Assembly (NCBI GenBank): GCA_010093745.1
Contig: MU005978.1
Coordinates: forward strand, 62,001 to 126,000
DNA length: 64,000 bases
Source of the DNA: Piedraia hortae CBS 480.64
Taxonomy: Eukaryota
Reading direction: 5' to 3'
Shown here: piece after piece, positions 1 through 12,685 of the stretch
How the letters are laid out: each line of letters opens with the position of its first letter
How positions within the stretch are numbered: position 1 is the first letter of the stretch
Notes under the pieces: generated by a model
Told to the model about the DNA's origin: nothing
The model's input: only the letters and a program-made list of their open reading frames with translations
Databases searched by the model: none
Translations under genes and position numbers: made by a program

Positions 1-303
1 TTTCTACAACCGAATGGTCTTGCAGCAGCGCGGATGGAAGCAGCTGCCAAACTACAGTCTTTGGGCCGGCATATTCGGTTTTGTAACAGTAAGTGGTTGG
101 GTTCGGCGATACAGCAACAAGGCTGATACTGGCGGCAGGATATATTGGTCATTTTGATTTCGTCCTGCGCAACGTGTTGCGGGTATAGAAGAAGTTACGA
201 ACCGCTTCACGGCCGACGGGGCAGTCTGCTGAACTATCACGCGAGAGATAGCGAGGCCGAAAACCGGCTTATCGATGAGCTCAATGAAGAATGGGACGGT
301 TGA
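1..303 (+). CDS. MRL1: 3' end of mannose-6-phosphate receptor-like vacuolar sorting protein (Mrl1-like), partial
   Basis: Exons <1..88 and 139..303, intron 89..138 (GTAAGT...GCTGAT...CAG). Translation FYNRMVLQQRGWKQLPNYSLWAGIFGFVT^DILVILISSC...ENRLIDELNEEWDG* matches the recalled cytoplasmic tail of fungal Mrl1. Confidence 0.8.
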
Positions 304-741
304 AATTTAGAACCATGTGTTGTTATTAATAGTCTGGTTATCATCCAGCCTTGGTGTAAGATACCCTCCTATTGGCCCGTTTGCGACGTGCATCGCGATG
401 AGAGTTTCAGGGGTTTACCTGAAGGGACCATCCATTTGGGACTGAGGTGTAATTGGTTGACCCCGACCGACCGTTGACCCGAAGTTCACCGGCTGCAACG
501 GACCGAGCCGCAACGCGCTGGGATCCTCCGTCCCCGCACCATTCTCCAACACTGCCTTTGTCTGCCTTTGACACATCGCCACGCCCTCGACACCTGCCTT
601 AGGATTCATCGTACCCATCACGGATCGCTTTCATTACTTACCGCATAGGCTTATCGTCAATATTCCTACCAATAGTGCCGCGTGCACGGTGCTATTCACA
701 CTCAACGCCGCGGGCGCGATCGGCTCGCTTGAGACGTTTTC

Positions 742-3700
742 ATGGACCAGTCTCACCCAATGTTCATGGACGCAATGTCGATGAATAATGCTCCCGCCAT
801 GTCGGCTCCGCGCAATCTTACGGCCCCGCTCTTTCAACGCTTTGTTTCGCAGGTCAAGGGCCAGCAGCTCCCCGCCAGCGGCTGGCAGACAACCGTGGAC
901 CCCTCCACTCGAGCGAGTAACATCATGAGACTGTAAGTGGGCGCCATGACCTCTTGACCTTTAGCTAATGCGGTTGCAGGTTTGCATCTCTCCCTCAGTA
1001 TCTGGATTTCCCAAGGCGCATCGCCAATGCGGAGCATATCGAGCGCGAAGCCTTTAGCAAAACAACCAGTCAGGACCATTACGCGGCTGCGATAGGGCGC
1101 CACGTAGGGGTGTTACAGCAGCAGGTGAAACCGCCAGGAATGGCACCCACTCAGCTTGGCAACGCTGCTAACGTCAACATGAATATGGCCATGCCGCAGG
1201 GCACAATGGGGACGTCCGGCGGCCAAATGTTTCTTACTCCGACGCAAGCGGCGGCCTTTTCTGGCCACATGGCAAGACAGGCCCAGCCGTCGCCGACACC
1301 GCAGCAGCATCCAGCAATGGCCATGCAAAATGTGCGTTTGCCGCAACAGATGGCGCCGGCGCGCATGCCGCAGGGGCAGCCTATGGGCGTGAACGAGGCC
1401 ATGCTAGCAAATGTGGCCCGAAGTTACATGTCCAAGATGACCGAAGCACGGCGACAGACTATCAAAGAGGTTGAATTGCGCAAGATGACGGAGCAGGAAA
1501 GGAACCAGGCCCTTGCCAGCGGCATTGACATTGTCTTCCAGGCCGTCATGCGTGAGGTTCGCGAGCGTGCCCAGATTCAGCCGGCACACGCGCAGATGCA
1601 GGCCAATCCCGCGAGACCCATTGACTACATGCAGGTGCAGCAGGCCGCTCTCAAGCAGCAGGAGTCGGGAGAGCAGGTGGTCCCAGCCAGCAACAACCAG
1701 GTCCTGGGCTTTGGCGTGCCGCAGGGCCTACACCCGCATCTTTTGGCCAATCCGCCGCAGCCCGGTCAGCCCATGGATGCGCAGAGCATGGCATTTATGG
1801 GGCAGCAGCCGGCCATGATGGGCCAGCCGCCTCCGATGCTGATGGCGGGAAACAGCATGTCCCGCGGAGTGCCCGTTTCCCGCCAGAGTCCCGCCATGGC
1901 CTCGATGGCGATGCTGAATCGGCCACTGATGCCGCATGCAGGAGCGCCCGGAACTCCGCAGATTCCGAGTCGCCCGCCCACCCAGGCGCCTCAGACTCCT
2001 GCAAATGCCCACCAGAACCTCGTCCACCACCAGCAGATGCTGAACCAGAACGAGCAGCAGGCGTACCGGCGGGAGATTGAGGAATGCGCCAAGGGCCTCC
2101 CACAGGAGATGATTGAGAAAATGATGATGAAGAAAATTGATCCAAACTTGGCTCGCCAGCACGCCTGGCAGTTTCGCCAACGCGCGGCCGGCATGACGAA
2201 CCCAGCCAACATGGCGCAGGAACAGAAACCAGGACCTCCGACCACTACCACCATGCCCATGGCAGCGTCTCTGCCGCAAGGCTTCCAGCAGCCCATTGCC
2301 AGAAAGCCGACCACGATGACAGTGCAGCAGCTCCACGTCTTGATGGATCAGCGGCCCTTTCCACGCGCCCTCTATCAGCAACTCAACATGGCGCCACCAG
2401 CCGCCATTCAGACATGGGGGGCCTTGAAGCAATGGTGCAGGAGATTGCCAGGAGGCTCGCAACTGGAGGCCCAGATCAATAACATGGAGAGGCAGCACTT
2501 TAATACCAATCCTGCCGAGGTCGCTGAAATTAGAAGCCAGCTTCAGGCGATGCAGGGACGAAGACAACAGATGCAAAGGGGTGTTACAACGGGGCAGAAT
2601 ACACAGGCCTTTGGTGTACCAGCGCAAGCCGGTATGGGCCAGCCCCAGGATTCCCAGGGCCCCCAAGGGCCAAATGGCTACAATGCCGACCAGTTGAAGC
2701 ATCAAGCTACCAAGCCCGCGGATGATCAAATCCACAAGATCCTAGCGCAACATGTTAGCCAAAGGAAGCAGCAGGCAATGAATCAGCCGTCGAATGGCTT
2801 GGCCGCTGCACACCTACAGGTCCCGGCAGCTATGTGGCAGCGTCTGGCGGCGCAAGCCGAGGATGATGTGGTTGAGATTCCCAATCCCAAGGCTGCTGTG
2901 CCGCAGGCGCCCATGTCAATTTCGCGTCCGCGATCCACCGCTAGTCAGGGTCAGCCACAGCAGCCAGACCAGCCCGGTCGGCCAGCTCAGAACCAGCGTC
3001 AACCTGCAATGGCTCCTCCACAGCTGCAGCAACAACCGCCAGCTCAGCTTTCAGCTGCGGCCGTTGCAAATCAGTCTGTGCGGCGTCCGCCAGCCGCCGG
3101 CCAGCAAATGCCGAATGGCCAGGCGGCTCCGACGGCTCTGACAGCTCAGCGCTTGCAGCAGATGGGTCAAATGATGGGTCTGAAGAACGGCCAGACGCCG
3201 GATAGACATTTGGCAGCATACTACATTATGAGGATCTTTTCTCAGATCAAGACATACATGCCAGCTATCAAAAACCTGCCTGATGGGGACAAAAAGACGA
3301 GTAAAATTTTTTACATCATCACCCTAATGGGCAAGAATGTGACACCTGACTATCGAAAGCTGAAGGATGACTCGAAGTTGCCTATGGAGCAACTCATGCT
3401 CTTCTTCAACTTCTTGTGCTCCATCGTCGCGGAGCTGCAAAAGTCCGGTCTTGTAGCTCAGGCTCCCTCGAACGGTGCCAATGTACCTCCTCAACCGCAG
3501 CTCATGCAACAGCAACAGCAGCAGCAACAGCAGCAGCAACAGCAGCAGCAACAGCAGCAGCAACAGCAGCAGCAACAGCAGCAGCAACAGCAGCAGCAAC
3601 AGCAGCAGCAACAGCAGCAGCAGCAGCAGCAGCAGGAGGAGACTCGCCGTCCCCCTACAAGTCTCAAGTCGCGGGGGAGCAGATTCTTGCACCAAGTCCC

Positions 3701-4574
3701 CCCTGCGCCCACGACGGATGAGAAGACATTTGACTGGAACAATGCTCCAGGGCTTACTCCGGACCAGTTGCGTATGCCCCCCAGGAAGAGACCCAGGACG
3801 ACCGGCCCTAACAGCAGTCCCGAAGTTGTGAAAAAGGTGCCTGAGCCACCTCCACAGCCCAAATTCGCTTGCACCGAGGCTTCGTGCGAGGACGAAACCA
3901 AAGAGTTTGATACTCAAGCACAGCGAGACGAGCATGTCCAGAACCGTCACACTGTCCCCGGCGATCCGCTCAAGTACTTTGCCACCAGTTTGGATGATTT
4001 CGAAATCGTCTACAAGCACAAGTCTGACAAGGAACCTGACGTCGCTGCAGCTGAGAAGTCAGCGGCCAAATCTTCAGCCGAGCACACGATGAAAAAGGTG
4101 TTTGAAGTGCATATCAATGCATCGCCCTCCTCTTCCGACCAAGAAGCCCCTGCAGTTTCAGATGCAGGCGAACTCGTGTTTCCAGAATTTAACACTGAGG
4201 ATTTTGGCGATCTACTAGCCACAGATTTCGACTTTGCCAGTGGCGAGAACCCTGATCTTGACTCGTCCCCAGCCGAAGTCGGCTCTGCAGGCAGCCTTAA
4301 CAAAGAACACGGCGATACACCTGACGACGACCCCTCTGATGCAGAGCAGCTCCACCTCTCCATGGTCTGGAATGCCTTTGGTGTTTGTGATACCGCCCTT
4401 CCGCCTGAGTTGGCAACCACTCTTGATGCTCAGGACGAAGGTGAGAATAAGATGGACATTGAAGAGCCTGCTGTTGCTGGCCTAGATGCTTGGCCCCTCT
4501 TGCACCCTATGGAGCAGCTTAATATCTGGCTTGCCGATGATCCTGCAATGACAATATACCACGAGGATGAGTAG
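742..4574 (+). CDS. MED15: Mediator subunit 15 (Gal11/Med15)-like Q-rich coactivator, about 1261 aa
   Basis: join(742..932,980..4574). The 47-nt intron (GTAAGT...GCTAAT...CAG) joins the 64-aa ORF in frame to the 1154-aa ORF. N-terminal KIX-like segment (WQTTVDPSTRASNIMRL...EHIEREAFSKTTSQDHY), Q/M/P-rich body, polyQ tract, C-x4-C...H-x4-H motif and acidic tail. Confidence 0.7.
3507..3635 (+). repeat. PolyQ-coding microsatellite of 43 Gln codons
   Basis: Mostly (CAACAGCAGCAG)n, ending in pure CAG, in frame within the Med15-like CDS. Confidence 0.95.
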
Positions 4575-5019
4575 TTGGTTTAGGCTTATTTTTTTTTTTT
4601 TTTTTTTTTTTTGGGGGGGGGGATGTTTTTTCGTTTGCGTTATAAGCGTCGGAAATGGGATGGTACTGTGTTAAAACAGAACATGGTTGTGGTCAGGTTT
4701 TCAGGACTCGTATCAGTAGGCTACTTTAGTAGTGGAAAAGTTGAGATTTCAATAAGTCTTATGTGTGGAAATCGAGCGTGTCTATGACCATGTAGGAAAT
4801 GTGTCTCTTCATCAAAGAACCTATAGTTTAGCCAGGAGCAGTCTCTGTCCCGCACCGAGGATGAGAGTTGCAGTATTTTGCATGTATCGGGAACTATTCG
4901 GAAGCTTCTTTACGCTTTCATGTGGTATCTCATATGACGTCATGTATCAACCACCTCCATAATTCTAACCCTGGGCTCCAACGCGCCTTCATGTGGGAAA
5001 GAAGAGATTCCGACCAGCC

Positions 5020-6639
5020 ATGAAGGCGGCGATAGCAGTGGTTCTGGCCCTGTGCCTCTCTTCCATCCCCGTACTGCTGCTTTTGCGACACTACTTACCG
5101 CTTCGGACGACGCCGGCGTATCTCCTGGTCCCCGTGTTCCTGGCCCTTGCACTTCCCTGCAGCATTGTTTTTCTGGTGCCCATTGATCTCAGCCGTTCCA
5201 GCGATCCGGAACTCCTTGTTACATGGCGTGTCGCCTACTGGCTCACATTCGCCCTTACCTGGCTAATCCTTCCCATTCTCGGCGAATACTGCGACAGCGG
5301 CCATCGTCATGTCAGCGACCGCCTGCGGTACAGTCTACACCGAAACGCAAGGTACTACATGTACGTCTTTGGCGCTGGAGCTATAGGTCTGGTATATTTT
5401 CTCTATCAGAACGGCATGCATGTGGCCAGCGTCAAGGGGCTGGTTATGGCCCTGGCATATGCCTGGGGTTTGGTTTTGGCAATTGCGCTCATGGGTCACG
5501 GAATCGTTGCTCTGCCGCGAAAACTATTCAGAGAGGCTACTGTGGAGAAGAGGCTAGTAAAGGTGGAGTGCAGCGCTACCCAGGTAAAATCTCGGTTGAA
5601 CGATGCCATTTCGGAGCTGGACAACACTGAACGGACTTTCCGACGGCTCAAGACTGCGCAGCTGCCGCCATCGTTGCGTAATTGGGTCGAGGAGGTCGAA
5701 ATTCCCTACCAACCACCATTGCGCAGCGATCCAGCAATCCCAAATGTCGTGACAGAGGCCTATCTCGCCGAGTTAACTCGAAAGCTGAAACGTGCCCGAT
5801 ACAAAAAGGCCCGTAGGGCAGAAGAATGGAATTCCCTCCTCCAACACGCTAAATCCTACCGCGAGACCCAAACAAACTGCAACAAGTCCAAAATAACATG
5901 GTACATCCACATGCGCGCCCTCCCCGCCTTGCGGCTCTCCGCGGCATTTCTCCTGTCCCTAGCAGGTGCAGCCCTCATCTTCTCCGAAATCATCCAATCC
6001 TTCTCCCCGCGCCTATCCCTAATCAACCTAACCATCCCACGAAGCGGTCATCCCACCAAAATCACCCCCTGGGGCGAAGCCATCTCCGCCCTCTGGCTCC
6101 TCTACATGAACACAACAATTCTGTACTCCATGACGCGCCTCCGCATTTGGGGCAACCGCGCGCTCGTCAAGAGAACAACCTACCCCGAAAGCGCATGCTG
6201 GTACGGAGCTCAAATCGCCAAACTAGCCGTGCCAATTAGTTATAATTTCATCACCCTCCTTCCGCCGTCCGCGTACCGCGGAACTGCGTTTTATGGGTTT
6301 TTGGGGAAGGAAGTTGATCTTACTCCCCTCGGGGCGGCGTTTAGTTCGTTTTTCCCGTTGGTGTTGATTTTGATGGTTGCGGGGAGCTTTTATGCAGGGA
6401 GTAGAGTTGAAGGGGATGAGGGTGATGTTGAGGAAGGGATTTCATTGCTGCGGAGGGAGGGGAGACTTCTTATCGCTGCGGAGGGGATGGGGATGGCCGG
6501 CCCGGGGAGTGTGGATGAGGATGTTGAGGAAGGGGATGATTCGCCGAGACATTTCTATCAGGATCTTGCGTGGAGGGTCAGGAATACGCTTGAGTCGGCG
6601 GGGTGGACTTTACGTGTACCCGGGAGTGTGAGGTTATGA
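5020..6639 (+). CDS. LMBR1-like multi-pass membrane protein
   Basis: Intronless ORF, first ATG at 5020. Several hydrophobic helices and motifs typical of fungal LMBR1-domain proteins: WRVAYWLTFALTWLILPILGEYCDSG, MALAYAWGLVLAIALMGHG, WGNRALVKRTTYPESACWY. Confidence 0.85.
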   Translation: MKAAIAVVLALCLSSIPVLLLLRHYLPLRTTPAYLLVPVFLALALPCSIVFLVPIDLSRSSDPELLVTWRVAYWLTFALTWLILPILGEYCDSGHRHVSDRLRYSLHRNARYYMYVFGAGAIGLVYFLYQNGMHVASVKGLVMALAYAWGLVLAIALMGHGIVALPRKLFREATVEKRLVKVECSATQVKSRLNDAISELDNTERTFRRLKTAQLPPSLRNWVEEVEIPYQPPLRSDPAIPNVVTEAYLAELTRKLKRARYKKARRAEEWNSLLQHAKSYRETQTNCNKSKITWYIHMRALPALRLSAAFLLSLAGAALIFSEIIQSFSPRLSLINLTIPRSGHPTKITPWGEAISALWLLYMNTTILYSMTRLRIWGNRALVKRTTYPESACWYGAQIAKLAVPISYNFITLLPPSAYRGTAFYGFLGKEVDLTPLGAAFSSFFPLVLILMVAGSFYAGSRVEGDEGDVEEGISLLRREGRLLIAAEGMGMAGPGSVDEDVEEGDDSPRHFYQDLAWRVRNTLESAGWTLRVPGSVRL

Positions 6640-8265
6640 GATGAGTTTTTTGTAGAGTAAGATCGTAATGAACATGTAGATAACTCTTGCTGGGGTAACT
6701 TTGTACTTCTTTCTGGTGTCGCGTCTAGCAATTACACAGAGCGATAGAAATGTCTTTTGTACACGGTGTGTGCGTTATCTTTAATTGAGGAAGAAGCTGT
6801 AACTCAACACTGGCAGAATAACTCCGTCTTATTTCCAAGGCGCACCCATGAGTTGGGTGCGCAATGGCATGGATAGCGCAGCATCCTTTTGGTGAAGTTT
6901 AAAGCTGTACGTGAAAGCTTCATCACGAAATTTTAATCCGAAGCCCGGTCGAACTGCCATAAGAACTTTTGAAGAATACTGAAGGTACAAGCTCCGCGCG
7001 GCTGTAGCGCAGTGCAGCGACGCTTATTTGATTGTCAATTTAAGTTACAAATTCCAAGTGAAATTGTGTATGCTCGACCCTTTAATGAGTTGCTGTTCTG
7101 AGCTGGCAAGTTTAGCCCAATTGGGAAAGATCTTCCTGAGATGGTTCTGTGGAATTTTTTGGGGGGGTTGCGTATACATTACAGATGAAATTTGTGGTGG
7201 ATGGTCAGAGTATATGCGTCATGGGATTAGAAAACTTTCATGCCTGTAGACAGTCTTTGGCTGGTTCCAATTTCATGCGAGCTTGCATAGACAAGGATCA
7301 GCTTCTTACGAGATGTAATCCTGGTGTCTCCCTCTTCTTTGCTGCGAGTGTAGAGAGACATCCGGAAGCCTCTCGCATATAGCGTCCCAACACGAACAAT
7401 CTAAACAACCAACCCCAAGCCTACATTGGAAATAACGGGGATTGCGCTTGTACAAGTACTATACTACTGAATGCCTACCTCAGAAATGTCCGCTTCAAAT
7501 AAATGATAATCACCGCCAGTAGCGAGACGATAAACAGGCAGACGACATAAACCGCCATCGTGGGCGGCTGGCAGCGACGCTCTTTACGAATTCCGGCTTC
7601 TAATACAGTCAGCTCCACCCAACTATTCTCGTGCGCAGTTCGCCTACCGCGGACATACTTGTTGGTGAGCGGCATTGTAAATTGCTCACGTCGGCGCAAG
7701 AAAAGGCCCTGATCATTTGATTTTGGTAGTGGACTACCGATTTACAGGTAGGGATGATATTTAAAGCCACGAGGGAGAAGGCGCATGGGTATACACGAGC
7801 GGATCACCATTTTGATGGGGATTGGAGTAGGGTTTTCGGGGTTCTGTAGTGGGTGGAGGAAGGTAAGCGGTTGATAGGGACCTATACAGGACAAGCGCGG
7901 CGAAGCAGCCCGCGGGTTGATGTCATTGGTTTCAACCGTTCTGATTATTCACTCACCTTTGGATGTGAGAGTTAGGCTTGGGGCACTTGGCGGAGGCTAA
8001 AGGGTCTAGTTGAACTCACACCTTGCAGCGTGGTTTTGTCCCATCGGAAACGCTCTGTTATGGTATTTGGCACTGTGTTGGCTCCAGAGCAACTGACTCC
8101 ATTGGGACAGCGAATTGGCTTTGCTGGAGCGTGGGGAGACGGTTCTACGGAATATTGAGTTTTTCATGGTGGGGGAGCCAGACCGAGCGAGCATCCTACC
8201 GGCCCCTTACCAGAGAGTCAGCATCTTTCAGCGAAGAATATCTCAGGACAGAGCAGCCCTTTCAA

Positions 8266-8509
8266 TGTTGTTGAGAAGTGTCAGTGCCATACCTCGGCCT
8301 GACAACAAAGACCATGAAATGGAAAAATCCTGTATAGCAAAATGCTCAAAGAGCATGATAAAGAGGACAGTGGGGCAATGGAGCAATATTTGAAACTGTT
8401 AGAGTCAAGAAGCTACTAGTATATAAGCTCGCTGCTGAACAGCAGAGAAAATCATTCGAACAACTCAATCTCCAGAACGATTACGCTACGCAACAACTAT
8501 CTTCCAATA
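8266..8509 (-). mobile_element. Solo LTR, family E (244 bp), TSD TTCAA
   Basis: TGTTG...CAATA ends, with TTCAA on both sides (8261-8265 and 8510-8514). Reverse-complement homolog at 41040..41281. Confidence 0.75.
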
Positions 8510-9854
8510 TTCAAAAGACTGGGCTCAATGGTCATTTGCGGGAACGAAAACATAGAAAACAGACAGTTGCAGGCAGTTCCATATCAAGTGGCGGGTCCAG
8601 TGGCAGCTTCTCCCAGATACTCAGTGAACAGCCAAAATTTCCCGAGCCTAAGCTGGAATTTAGGCGCGTTCCTGAGACGGCTATGATTCCACACGAGGCA
8701 CACTTTGCATTCGGTTTGTGCTCCAATAAGTGCATTTCCTTTGATGGAATGACTCATCACCCGGTCGATTTATTGTTCCAACCGGCTGCTGGACTATGCA
8801 CTCGCCGACAGGAGCTGCTGAAGTTGTGTGTTCTAATACGGCGCAATATACAGATTCCTACGCCTGGAGCCTATCGTCGGATCAAAGCCGATATTCTGGC
8901 ATGGTACGAAATTGAATAGGCATCGTTCGACCTCGCCAGGAAATTCTATGTCTTGATTGGAATACTATTGGCACTGATGCCATCGGAATATTGGAATATC
9001 AGCCAGGTATCCACGTTCTTGAGGCCCGCCAGCACTTGTTTCTCGCCCTTTGCTGGGTCAGGCAATAAGTTGTATCAGTCGGACAGATGACCTTGTGCGT
9101 AGTCTCGTGGCGGGCACTAGACAGGTTGTCGGACTGCTCAATACTTGATCCAAATTTCCAGCATTACCTACCGAATGCTGTGACGCTCTTGGGACCTGGG
9201 CCTGGAGAGCATCTTAATACCTCTTAAGAAAATTATTACGCACTCGGTGAGGGTATTGCTCCAAAGCGAGGACTAGGGCATCTAGCAAGGGCAGTTATCC
9301 ACTTGAGGCTTTGTATGCATTGCCAGCGTGGAGTAAAAAACGATTTCTTGGAATTACGAGAGAATGACACTTGGCAAGTGCGCTCATTCGGATGGAAGAA
9401 TGAGAATTTTTCTCGTAATGCTCACATCCGACGCAAGGGCTTCTTTTGGTCAATGTGGGACTTTAAGAGGCCTGGCAGAAAACTACAAGTCGCTCGCTCT
9501 GTGTCACTGGAACGGCTGTCAGTCTCGATTTTGAGCTTTCCAACAGGCTCATTAAACGCTGTCACTGATTTTTCGACCTTTGCCGTGTATGGTTCAAATT
9601 TGTCCACAGATTTGTTCAATGAATTACATGTCTTTGGGTTTTGGTACAAGTTTGTGAATCAGTCACGCATTGATCACACCCAGAAATAATTATCGCCATT
9701 GAAACTCACAATCCTTGGGACCGCGTAACATTTGTCCTGAATCCAGTCTCATGTCTTTGGGCAGAGTGTATAAATCGATACGGGTATGTTGAGTACTAGC
9801 AAATCTAAGGACCTACGGTTATAATGTGCTAATTTAATCTATCCATCATGAAAT

Positions 9855-9945
9855 GGTCAATTGGTCTAGTGGTATGATTCTCGCTTAGGGCTCACCCTAC
9901 GCCAACAAATGCGAGAGGTCCCGTGTTCGATCCACGGATTGACCC
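9855..9945 (+). tRNA. tRNA-Pro(AGG) with a 19-nt intron
   Basis: Acceptor stem GGTCAAT/ATTGACC, D arm GGTCTAGTGGTATGATT, anticodon AGG at 9887-9889, intron 9891..9909 after position 37, T arm CCGTGTTCGATCCACGG, downstream T-run as Pol III terminator. Confidence 0.95.
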
Positions 9946-11841
9946 TTCTTTTTTTTATTTTTAACCTTGTTCGAATTTTGATTTTGCAAGCCGTTCATGA
10001 CGCCTGATGCGCGCGTTACAATGCCAAAGACGTTCACTTCAGCTTTTGGTACGAGCATCTTACGGTTGAGGAGGGGAATCGTTTGCATGCCACTTTTATG
10101 CCTTAGGCATAAACTTTCACCACGCATCTGAGCAACAGCGCTTTGGCGTCGACTTGATGACATTTCATGCTCGTTTAGACATGTCAATGCAAGAATGATG
10201 GCATAGTTTGACGTAAATGACTAGCGAAGAAAAAATTCGTGCTTTAATTTTTCGATGGCTCCTGACGTGACTATGTCAATTCGCCCAAAGAGTATTGGGC
10301 TGCGGCCAAGTGAGCCCATCAATTAAAGCCAGCTGGATCTTCGTGTTCAAGAATACCGCGTCAGCAAAGCATTGGCGCTATACTGTCAGTCATCGCTCCT
10401 GTGAAGCATAACTGGAGCGAAGCCAAGTTTTTTGCGGTTGTCAAGGTGTTTTTACCCTCCACGTTATTCGAATGATTTGTATGCATCCATGGCATTGTTC
10501 CCTACGCACTCAGTGACACTTTCCCGTCCGAAATATGCCCCTTATTCTAGTAGCGGACAGTGTCGCCATTGATGAGCCAGTTGGTCATTTTGCAAAACTC
10601 TCAACTCAATGCAGGGTGCCCCCTCGCTATCGTCCGTTCTTCAGATATGGTCAGCTATGCCTGTGCAAACGCCATGACGAGGCATACTGCGTACCAGCAG
10701 CTCTGGTAAAAGCACAACCCGCAAACTCAAGCACGAACACAAACCCCAGAGCATCTGTAAATATATCGAGACAAACGCCGCAGCGATCCAAAACTTGAAC
10801 AAGGACATGGTTGGAAACTAGGTATTCTGCATCCCTCAACAATACCCAATCAAACGCCCTAATGAAATAAAACCAAATCCCCAATGCGCCGTATCACCCA
10901 ATAGGAAAACCCCCAAATAAATCCCTCCATCCGACCATAGTTCACAACTTTTCATACACTCTCCCCAAACAAACTCCATCCTGCATCCTATCTCACAATT
11001 TTCATAAAATCCTCCCCAATCAGAACCCAGAAAACCATAATCGAAACAACAAGCATAAACTCTGAAAACCGCTTCGGCACGCTCGTCTTCCGCGGGCGTG
11101 TATTCTCCTGCACGCTCTGCCGCGTACGCTGTTGTTGTGCTTCGAGCTCGCTGGCAGTATCTACCATCGTGAGTAACTCGATCATCTCATGCCGTGGGCG
11201 GCGTACCGTAGATGAAAGGCAGCTCCTCTCTTTGGAAGGTTTTCTCGAAGTCTGCGAGTGGGGTTAGAACATGGCGTGTTGGTTAAGGGGATGCGTACGG
11301 GGTTGCGGGATGGGATAGCGGAAGGTTTTGCGAAAGGGGCTTGGGGGCATCTTGGGTTTGTGCACTGGTATGGTTGGTGTGAATCTCTGTTGTTTGAGTC
11401 TTGATCTGATGTTGAAGTGTGTGGAAGAATGGAGAATGAGGGTTGTATCACGGAATTGGGAGATGACTAACTGGACTGCTAAGCACTTTGCTTTAAGTTA
11501 CTCATCGTGGGACAGGAACATTATATGGGTCGTGACGCAAGAGCTACTGCCAACCAGGGTATTGAACTTTAACAGAATGTTATACGTGATCGCTTGCAAA
11601 ATACTCGGGTTCTACGTACTTGTTGGTATGAGTCAGACACTGATTGGATTAGCCCTTGGATGACCACTCTCATTTCTGCCATCCTAGGCCATCTGCTTTC
11701 ACGTATCCGGATCTCCTCTTAGTTGCCGAATTTCATTCTTGATTTCCTTCATCTGTTGCAGGATCTGTGCGTTCTACTCAGTAAGGAAGCGCAGGTCAAC
11801 AGTCGGCGGTACGGCTCCCAGACCCTCATTTACTGTAGCTC

Positions 11842-11901
11842 TACGAACCGATCCACGAACTGATCCACTAACCAATCCATGTACTGATTCACGTACCGAC
11901 C
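11842..11901. repeat. Five degenerate 12-bp tandem repeats (ACGAACCGATCC-like)
   Basis: acgaaccgatcc acgaactgatcc actaaccaatcc atgtactgattc acgtaccgacct; encodes SVRG-like repeats on the minus strand. Confidence 0.75.
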
Positions 11902-12325
11902 TATCCGCAGAGGGCCGTGGGTTTCGCAGCCGTTTAGATTGCGCTTTAGTCGGACTCATGATCGACGACCTTTCATTCGGGGGAACATACGGACCGGCAT
12001 ATACCATTCGGCCCGTAGTGTCACATTCAAAATACTTCGGCCTTCGTCGACCGGAAACCGCACTGGGTTCGAAAGTCGTTAACATGTTCCGAGGGAGTGC
12101 ACTGATCGAGTCGGTAGCCAGCTCAGCTACGAACGGTGACTCCGGAGATTGATGAGTTTGATTCAATGGAGCCGTCTTGTTGCTATCGTTGACCGAGATG
12201 AGATATTCGAAGTTGCCACTTGGTTAATCTCCATAACTTCACCATCAGCTTGTGGGTCGACTTGTCTGTTACAAGATAGTTGTCATCGGTAGAGTGGTGT
12301 TTGAACCCCTTGAGGTGCGCTCTTT

Positions 12326-12685
12326 TGTAGCGATTAGGCTCGCGTGGGCGAGAGTGCGCAGCGGCCCGAAGAGGACGAAGCGATAGACGGTAAGAGGGAC
12401 AGGACAGATGCAGATGGATATGAGTCAATACCAGTTTCAATATGACAGTGTGAATGACTATAAATTTCTACGAGGGGACGTCAGAATAAATATTCTGTAC
12501 CGGTGGGCCGGTGACGTCACGTCGTACACTAGCAGGGCGCATTCACCATGTCACGTATGACATGACCCTGAGGGAAAACCTCTGTGAGGGAAAAACCTAG
12601 GGTGCAGCTGGTAGTGTAGGAGGTATCGCTGACTTGCTATGCAAGTGCCCCGCATACGCGCTAGCGGCGATGCTTGAATTCAACA
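12326..12685 (-). mobile_element. Solo LTR, family A copy 1 (360 bp), TSD TCTTT
   Basis: TG...CA ends (TGTAG...CAACA), TCTTT on both flanks, five more copies in the window. Strand is relative to the TGTTG-first orientation. Confidence 0.92.

Noticed and set aside
3324..4019. Antisense and alternative-frame ORFs with poly-Leu, poly-Cys, poly-Ala or poly-Ser
   Set aside because: They are shadow translations of the polyQ repeat in the Med15-like gene.
6752..6800. Resemblance to the 5' end of U4 snRNA
   Set aside because: The downstream U4 stem I and Sm-site architecture was not found at the expected spacing.
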